Position numbers and translations under genes: made by a program
In this document: piece by piece, positions 6,201 through 10,826 of the stretch
How positions within the stretch are numbered: the stretch's first letter is position 1
Layout of the letters: each line of letters starts with the position of its first letter
The notes under the pieces: model-generated
Told to the model about the DNA's origin: nothing
Databases searched by the model: none
The model's input: only the letters and a program-made list of their open reading frames with translations
DNA from: Microcoleaceae cyanobacterium
Lineage (GTDB): Bacteria > Cyanobacteriota > Cyanobacteriia > Cyanobacteriales > Microcoleaceae
Reading direction: 5' to 3'
Assembly: GCA_051652765.1 (NCBI GenBank)
Contig: JBOFUV010000127.1
Span: 1-10,826 of the forward strand
DNA length: 10,826 nt

Positions 6201-7191
6201 CTTTTGAGATATGCTGATTCGGCTGCAAACAAACAAACCCTCCAGGAGAAGCCAAACACAATCCATAAGCTGCTGCCCGGACTCGATCCAGATCAAAGGA
6301 ACGGGCCAACTCCACGGCCTGTTTCCAAAAATAAACCTGCATATAGGCAGCCTCGATCGGGTCGCTGGTGACTCGATCCTCGCCATAGTGAGCCTTGAAC
6401 CGTCTGACAAACTCCAGATTCTCAGATGTATCCAAACTCTGAAAGTAACTCCAGCAACTCAAATGTCCAGCGGCGGCATCTCCAATACTGTGCAATTCCG
6501 TTTCGGAGACAGAGGTTGCCAGAATTGTAATATCGTCCGCTCTCAAGCCCGATTCCTTGAACTGGCGATAAAAGGCAACATTACTGTCCCCATTGATAGT
6601 ATTGAAAATAACATCGGGCTGGGCCTGCCGAATCCGGGCAATAATCGAGCCAAAGTCCTGAGCTCCCAGAAAAGGATAGGCTTGCCCAACGACTTCTCCG
6701 CCATGAGCTTTGAGTTGCAGCTTGACTAACCTACTCACCGTGTGGGGAAACGTGTAGTCCGAACCAATCAAAAAAAAACGCGATCCCCGATGCTGGAGCA
6801 ACCAGTTCACCGCAGGCTCAACCTGCTGATTCGCGCACAGTCCAGTATAAAATATGTTAGGTGAAGCTTCTAACCCCTCATATTGAACCGGATACCAAAG
6901 TTGCTTATTAAACTTTTCGACAACGGACTTGACCGCAAGCCGATCCCTAGAAGTCCAGCAGCCGAATAAAGTTGAAACTCCATTTTGCAAGATTAACTTT
7001 TCTGTTTTCTGAGCAAAGCAAGCTGGGTTTGAAGCACCATCCTCAACAATGGCCTTGATTGAACAGCCTAAAACTCCTCCAAGTTGATTAATCTCAGCGA
7101 TCGCCATCAGAGCCGCATCTCGCAAGGGAGATTCGCTCATGGCCATTGTCCCGCTGAGGGAGTGCAAAATACCAACGGATACACCTGACAT
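3217..7191 (-). CDS. Class III adenylate cyclase with N-terminal UrtA/AmiC-like binding domain, coiled coil and five PAS domains
   Basis: aa 1-360 are urea/amide-binding-protein-like (VGILHSLSGTMA, GCWTS, YPVQYEGLE, NQQ, GSDY.FP, NTINGDSN). aa ~375-460 are coiled coil. PAS domains lie at ~459-578, 579-697, 698-816, 817-940 and 977-1110, ending in DIT.R or NTTER. The cyclase at ~1145-1320 has ILFADIVSFT, KIKTIGDSYM and YDLWGDAVNVASRMES: two metal Asp, the ATP-specifying Lys/Asp pair, and catalytic Asn/Arg. No signal peptide or TM segment is visible. Confidence 0.92.
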   Translation of the reverse strand: MSGVSVGILHSLSGTMAMSESPLRDAALMAIAEINQLGGVLGCSIKAIVEDGASNPACFAQKTEKLILQNGVSTLFGCWTSRDRLAVKSVVEKFNKQLWYPVQYEGLEASPNIFYTGLCANQQVEPAVNWLLQHRGSRFFLIGSDYTFPHTVSRLVKLQLKAHGGEVVGQAYPFLGAQDFGSIIARIRQAQPDVIFNTINGDSNVAFYRQFKESGLRADDITILATSVSETELHSIGDAAAGHLSCWSYFQSLDTSENLEFVRRFKAHYGEDRVTSDPIEAAYMQVYFWKQAVELARSFDLDRVRAAAYGLCLASPGGFVCLQPNQHISKVCRIGQAQSEGQFNVIYTSPERIRPLPWLGFEENHFNPREMVTHLLAEVSQSIERAEELEQKSIELEAARAQLQAEIEKRQQYETELEKINQQLEQLVEERTNHLKVTNRQLLKEIIEHQHAREELQIANMRLQTVLSAVPGTVSWIRSDLHYIEVNQRLADIFGLPREDFSGQDIGFLGTSSEFSDFVQDLFESPELEASREVFTKVSGGEMRHYLVVAQKYDHNQAAFIVGIDITQRRQIEEALRTANARLQTVLEAVPGTVSWVRSDSTYIEVNQRLADIHDLQREQFTDQHIGFLGGGFQFNQFIQHLFAISNRDASQEVTALVQGEQHHYWIIAQKYNQDQEAFVIGIDITARRKAEAALKASQDQLKTILEVIPGMVSWISSDLCYLGVNQYLADIFDLPPETFINRYIGFLDSSPQFNEFVRDFFSRPDQDSDREILSLINGQPHNFLIAAHKYNNSQAAFFVGIDITKRKQAEEALKQTEADYRSIFENAIEGIFRTTPDGRYLRANPALAHMYGYDSPERMVESIVNIAGQLYVSPNRRQEFIRLIDEHGSVMGFESQIRRQDGELYWISENAFAVRDRGGHVLYYEGSVIDITERKQAELSLQEAMDALEFRVDERTAELVREITERKRIEAALRASEAELRALFAAMTDVITVFDGEGRYQKIITTNSDALYSPASSCLGKTVFEVLPTTQACLFYHHILRVLETGKTQTIEYSLPLFKPYDESSQNPYNLLDSGTDEVTWFAATVSPLPDERVIWVAHNTTERKRMLDALQVEQHKSERLLQNILPQSIAERLKQDVQSIADRFDQATILFADIVSFTELSAQISPQELVDWLNEIFSVFDELAQKHHLEKIKTIGDSYMVAGGIPDLRSDHAEASAEMALEMQHAITRFSRVDGKPLQLRIGINTGPVVAGVIGTRKFIYDLWGDAVNVASRMESRGIAGKIQVTENTKRLLDHRYWFEERGVIEVKGKGYMRTYWLEGRR

Positions 7192-7255
7192 AAGCCTTAC
7201 TCACAGCATAAAACTTGGAGTTCTCATCAGAAGCCATTTACAATCCTGCACCTAG

Positions 7256-7298
7256 ATTTCGGAAACCAAGCCAACCCATTTCGGAACCTACCCAACCC
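7256..7298. repeat. Imperfect tandem direct repeat (22+21 bp) upstream of the cyclase
   Basis: ATTTCGGAAACCAAGCCAACCC (7256-7277) followed by ATTTCGGAACCTACCCAACCC (7278-7298). Confidence 0.8.
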
Positions 7299-7604
7299 TG
7301 CTCGATTACTGTTCACCTCAATATAAGCACCTTTTAACTGCACTGCGGTATCATACGCCTCTTTAGTTAAAGATTACTGAAGTCATAAATTTCCTAAACT
7401 AGCTAGTCACAACACCCAACATTTAGCCTGATAAACTTGTTTCAATGCAATCATGAAGCCCCGCATTGCAATCCTAAATGATGTATAAAAAATTGAAGTG
7501 TCAGCACTTTACTGAAACAAACAAAACTGCACCTCTTCAATTTTACAACTTGAATCGGATTACCATGCTTTTACTTCGCTCAGTATAACAGCTTCATCAA
7601 CAGC

Positions 7605-7637
7605 ACAGGCCGATCCCCTCAGGGGGGATCGGCCTGT
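7605..7637. repeat. Perfect 14-bp inverted repeat (strong hairpin)
   Basis: ACAGGCCGATCCCC (7605-7618), loop TCAGG, GGGGATCGGCCTGT (7624-7637). No U tract follows on either strand. Confidence 0.9.
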
Positions 7638-7798
7638 ATTATCAGAAAAAATTTTGATAAATCCTGAAAATCAAAGGAATTGTTTAAAGAAGTTCTAAGA
7701 ATATATCGATATTTCTTTATAAACCTTAATATTTTAATCCTAGAGCAATTGATTCTATCAACTTTATTTTATCTAGAATTCAACTTACTGTCACCGGA

Positions 7799-9457
7799 TT
7801 AAATCATCCGGCATTCTATTAGTTGAGCGGCCATAATATCCGCATGTTGCCACCACTTTCCATTGGTTTGCACCCAGATACGAGAAGGCAAATGATCCGT
7901 TGGAGCAGAGAGCTTAAATTTAAATCCATCCGTGGGATTATGCGGATTGTAAGTCAACCAACCGATGTGATCGCAAAATGCACCGTAATCTCCCTCAAAC
8001 TTTTGGTAGATCCGGGCTTGAACACTGAACCCAAACCGTCCACCGCTATACTTCACCCAGAGTCGGTCTAGGGTTCTCAAATCCTCACAGGGTAAATCTT
8101 GCAATTCTCTGGGATGGAGATACTGATTTCTGGACTTTTTGAGGGTCTGACAGAGCACCGCCCAGGTTTCTGTATCTGCGTCTTTCCATCGACGGCTCGC
8201 GAGGAATTTTTGCAGGAGAGTATAGTCAACTCCAACGGCAGAAATCAACTGATCTTTGGGATGCTGGCCCAATCCAGGAATCCAGCGCCCCAGGGTTGTA
8301 GAAATCCTGGATGCAGGAGGTTGAGTAACAGAGACTTTTTTACGAGGAGGAGGAGTCAGTAGATTAATCGCAGGTGATTTTGGGGTTTGGGAATGGGGGA
8401 CTGTCAAGGCTCCCAAGACTTGAGTAGCGGAACTGTAACGTTGATTGAGCTGAGTTGCGACTAACCGATCCAAAATTTCTTCCAAGGGTGAACTCACACT
8501 GCGATCGCCCGTAAGAAACTGTCGCCAAACCCATTTTTCCGCCACCACATCATACAAATTCCAGGGAGAAACTCCCGTCATTAAATGCAAGCAGGTCACG
8601 CCCAAACTGTAGAGATCACTAGCTGGAAAGGCTTTGCCCCGATGTTGTTCAGGAGCCATAAATTCTGGACTGCCAATAATTGTTCCCGTCTGCATCGCCA
8701 TTGTTCCGGTAAACAGCTTGGCCACGCCAAAGTCAATCAAAACCATTGGGCTATTTTTGTTGGAGGTGAAGGATCTAGGGCTTGGCGCAGGCGGAGCTGA
8801 AAATAGCTCCCGAACCACCGCCTGACCCTGAATGGCTTCTACATCCTCTAGAATTTTAGTTTTCATCTCCGCTAAATTTGGGGGATTGTCATGCACTCGA
8901 ACATCTTGAATCGGCAGAGGTAGAACGGGGGCTTGAGGGGATCGCCGCATGATATTGGCAGGTTTAATATCTCGATGAATAATCTGATGCTCGTGAATAA
9001 ACTTTAAAACAGGCAACAGTCCCTGAAGTATTTGCCAAATTTTAAACTCACTAAATACTCCTGTTGCCTCTAACTCCTGAGCTAGGGTTTTTCCGGCAAT
9101 ATATTCTTGGACTAAAAACAGTTGTTGGTCTTGTTCAAAATGGGCGAGAAGCTGAGGGATTTGGGGATGTTTTCCCAGTTCATCAAGTCGTACTGCTTCG
9201 GCTTTGAAAAGTTGAGCAGCTTTGTTGTAACTGTCGATACTCTGACTTTGAAACTGAAACTGTTTAATCACACAGGGAGGTCTGGAGGGCAGGTGTTCAT
9301 CAACGGCTAAATAGGTTTTACCAAAGCCCCCCTGACCAATAGGATGTAGGGGACGGTAACGATTTTGCAGCAAAATAACAGCTCCACAACTTTGACAGTA
9401 TTGAGCTGTCTCTACGTGGCTGGGGTTGGCACATCCAGGGTTAACACAGTAGCTCAT
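7799..9457 (-). CDS. Hanks-type Ser/Thr protein kinase with N-terminal 4-Cys Zn ribbon and C-terminal GUN4 domain
   Basis: CVNPGC...CQSCG prefix. Kinase motifs GQGGFGKTY, CVIKQ, HRDIKPANI, IDFG, GSPEFMAPEQ and SDLYSLG. A Pro-rich linker leads to the GUN4 domain at aa ~408-550 (DYTLLQKFLA..RWKDADTET, LPCEDLRTLDRLWVKYSGGRFGFSVQ, IGW, AP..HLP). Confidence 0.93.
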   Translation of the reverse strand: MSYCVNPGCANPSHVETAQYCQSCGAVILLQNRYRPLHPIGQGGFGKTYLAVDEHLPSRPPCVIKQFQFQSQSIDSYNKAAQLFKAEAVRLDELGKHPQIPQLLAHFEQDQQLFLVQEYIAGKTLAQELEATGVFSEFKIWQILQGLLPVLKFIHEHQIIHRDIKPANIMRRSPQAPVLPLPIQDVRVHDNPPNLAEMKTKILEDVEAIQGQAVVRELFSAPPAPSPRSFTSNKNSPMVLIDFGVAKLFTGTMAMQTGTIIGSPEFMAPEQHRGKAFPASDLYSLGVTCLHLMTGVSPWNLYDVVAEKWVWRQFLTGDRSVSSPLEEILDRLVATQLNQRYSSATQVLGALTVPHSQTPKSPAINLLTPPPRKKVSVTQPPASRISTTLGRWIPGLGQHPKDQLISAVGVDYTLLQKFLASRRWKDADTETWAVLCQTLKKSRNQYLHPRELQDLPCEDLRTLDRLWVKYSGGRFGFSVQARIYQKFEGDYGAFCDHIGWLTYNPHNPTDGFKFKLSAPTDHLPSRIWVQTNGKWWQHADIMAAQLIECRMI

Positions 9458-9534
9458 AGCACCAGATTAATAGACCCTATCAAAGGTTATCTATGGAAAA
9501 CTGAAACGTCTCGACCCAACTCAAACAACAGAGT

Positions 9535-9554
9535 CTCACGCTCACTCACGCTCA
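9535..9554. repeat. 10-bp tandem duplication CTCACGCTCA x2
   Basis: Exact copies at 9535-9544 and 9545-9554, just downstream of the stop codon of the binding-protein gene. Confidence 0.85.
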
Positions 9555-9568
9555 AGTTTGACAAACTC

Positions 9569-10826
9569 CTAGTTAAAAATCAAATCAATTCGATTTTGGG
9601 CTTTTTTCAAGGCTGATTCGGGAGCCTCTCCTAACAGTGTGGCTTCAATCGAGCGACCCAAACTTTCTGATAGCCGAGTGTATCCAGGAATAATGGGACG
9701 CGATCGCGCCCACTGCATCTGTTGTAGGAAGACTTTTAAACTGGGTTGTTGAGCCACAAAGGCTTGATATTGCTCACTTTGGCGAGTTTGCAAGTTCACA
9801 GGTAAATATCCCGTTCCCAAACTCCATTGGGCCTGAAAGTCCTGACTCAAAATATATTCTAGAAACTGGAGCGAGGCTTGTTCCTGTTCGGGAGTGGTTT
9901 TCATCACAAACAGGTGCTCGCCCCCGACTACTGTTGCCCGTTGGGTTTGGGCAGGTATCGGCATCACTCCATAGTCTATCCCTGCTTGTTCCAAGTACTC
10001 TAGTGTCCATGGCCCCGTAATTTGCATGGCTACCTTGCCCGCAATAAAATCGTCCTGTTCATAGCCCCGTTCAGGCTCTGACAGGATCGCAGATCCCTCC
10101 TGAACGAGATCTGACCAAAACTGCAAGGCGGCAATGGCTCCCGGATTGAACACATTCACGGCGTTGTCCTGAATCAACTGACCTTCAGCACTAAACAGGA
10201 ACGGCAACCAGGTAAACACCGTCCATTCGCCCTTGCCTAGGGGTAACATTAGTCCATGTTGGTCAATCTTGCCATCCCCATTCCGATCTTGGGTGAGTTG
10301 TTTGGCGACGGCTTGAAATGTCTGCCAAGTTTGGGGTAGAGCGTTTATCCCTGCCGCCTCAAATAAACTCGGGCGGTAAAAAATGGCCACATTATTCGTC
10401 GCCATTGGCACTGACCAGAGGTGTTGGTTCAGTACCATCGCCTCCAACAACACTGGATCAATTTCTGATTTGAAAGGCAGTTGATTGAACCAGGTTTCCA
10501 GGGGTTGAATGGCCCCTAATTCAATCAGTTGACCTGTTAGGGTCGGGTTATACCACAAAATATCGGGGGCTGCATTTCCGACCACAGCCGTCAGAATTTT
10601 GGGCAATTGTTGATCGGGTTGGCCAATATAAAGCGCTTCAACCTGAACTGTTGGGTGGGTTTGATTAAAGCGATCCACCAAGGTCTGAAACACATCCCGA
10701 TTGGGAGGGGGATTAATCCCATGCCATAGGGTGAGATGGATGACCTCAGAGTTCTGTCCGACTCGGTCTTGACAGCCCGTAGAGATTGACAACATGATGA
10801 TGCATAGCAGCACAAATCCAAGTCTA
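9569..10826 (-). CDS. Carbohydrate ABC transporter substrate-binding lipoprotein (family 1 / CUT1); start probably outside the window
   Basis: Motifs LTLWHG, FNQTHPTVQVE, AAPDIL, WSVPMATNNVAIFYRPSLF..AG...PQTW, F.AGKVAMQITGPW and GGEHL. A hydrophobic stretch ends in a lipobox-like STGC. The frame stays open upstream of the GTG at 10813 (R-L-G-F) to the window edge. Confidence 0.9.
   Translation of the reverse strand, partial: RLGFVLLCIIMLSISTGCQDRVGQNSEVIHLTLWHGINPPPNRDVFQTLVDRFNQTHPTVQVEALYIGQPDQQLPKILTAVVGNAAPDILWYNPTLTGQLIELGAIQPLETWFNQLPFKSEIDPVLLEAMVLNQHLWSVPMATNNVAIFYRPSLFEAAGINALPQTWQTFQAVAKQLTQDRNGDGKIDQHGLMLPLGKGEWTVFTWLPFLFSAEGQLIQDNAVNVFNPGAIAALQFWSDLVQEGSAILSEPERGYEQDDFIAGKVAMQITGPWTLEYLEQAGIDYGVMPIPAQTQRATVVGGEHLFVMKTTPEQEQASLQFLEYILSQDFQAQWSLGTGYLPVNLQTRQSEQYQAFVAQQPSLKVFLQQMQWARSRPIIPGYTRLSESLGRSIEATLLGEAPESALKKAQNRIDLIFN

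Larger units (their letters stand above)
1674..9707. repeat. HIP1 octamer GCGATCGC, five dispersed copies
   Basis: Copies at 1674-1681, 4438-4445, 7097-7104, 8501-8508 and 9700-9707. About 0.2 copies would be expected by chance in 10.8 kb at equal base frequencies; HIP1 over-representation is a known cyanobacterial trait. Confidence 0.9.

Noticed and set aside
3334..6729. ORFs nested in or antisense to the cyclase, including the 172-aa ORF at 6211-6729
   Set aside because: Fully inside a well-supported CDS and lacking recognisable motifs.
6770..6778. A9 run in the cyclase (and G9 at 8-16) as phase-variation sites
   Set aside because: Both are in frame and encode expected residues (RFFL and QGGG). 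There is no evidence of a frameshift.
7192..7798. NtcA box (GTA-N8-TAC) or CRP box (TGTGA-N6-TCACA) upstream of the cyclase
   Set aside because: Checked by eye with no exact match found; GTATCATAC at 7348-7356 has the wrong spacing. Degenerate sites are not excluded.
8750..8941. Intein or intron in the kinase insertion
   Set aside because: Too short for an intein, with no His-Asn terminus, and there are no stop codons or group I/II intron features.
7823..10821. Short ORFs overlapping the kinase and binding-protein genes
   Set aside because: Alternative-frame or antisense shadows without independent support.

Overview
Cyanobacterial chromosomal window, judged from five HIP1 octamers (GCGATCGC) and typical cyanobacterial gene families. 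The + strand carries the 3' end of a GerMN-domain gene, a 609-aa ZIP/ZupT-family metal transporter with two cyclic-nucleotide-binding (cNMP) modules inserted in its TM3-TM4 loop, and a Uma2/DUF820 endonuclease-fold gene. The - strand carries a 1324-aa cytoplasmic class III adenylate cyclase (UrtA/AmiC-type binding domain, coiled coil, five PAS domains, cyclase), a Zn-ribbon Ser/Thr kinase with a C-terminal GUN4 domain, and a 5'-truncated carbohydrate ABC substrate-binding lipoprotein. The most interesting signal is a possible cAMP source and a possible cNMP-regulated metal transporter facing each other, separated only by Uma2. A functional link between them is inference, not shown. All family calls are by-eye motif recognition; no searches were run.
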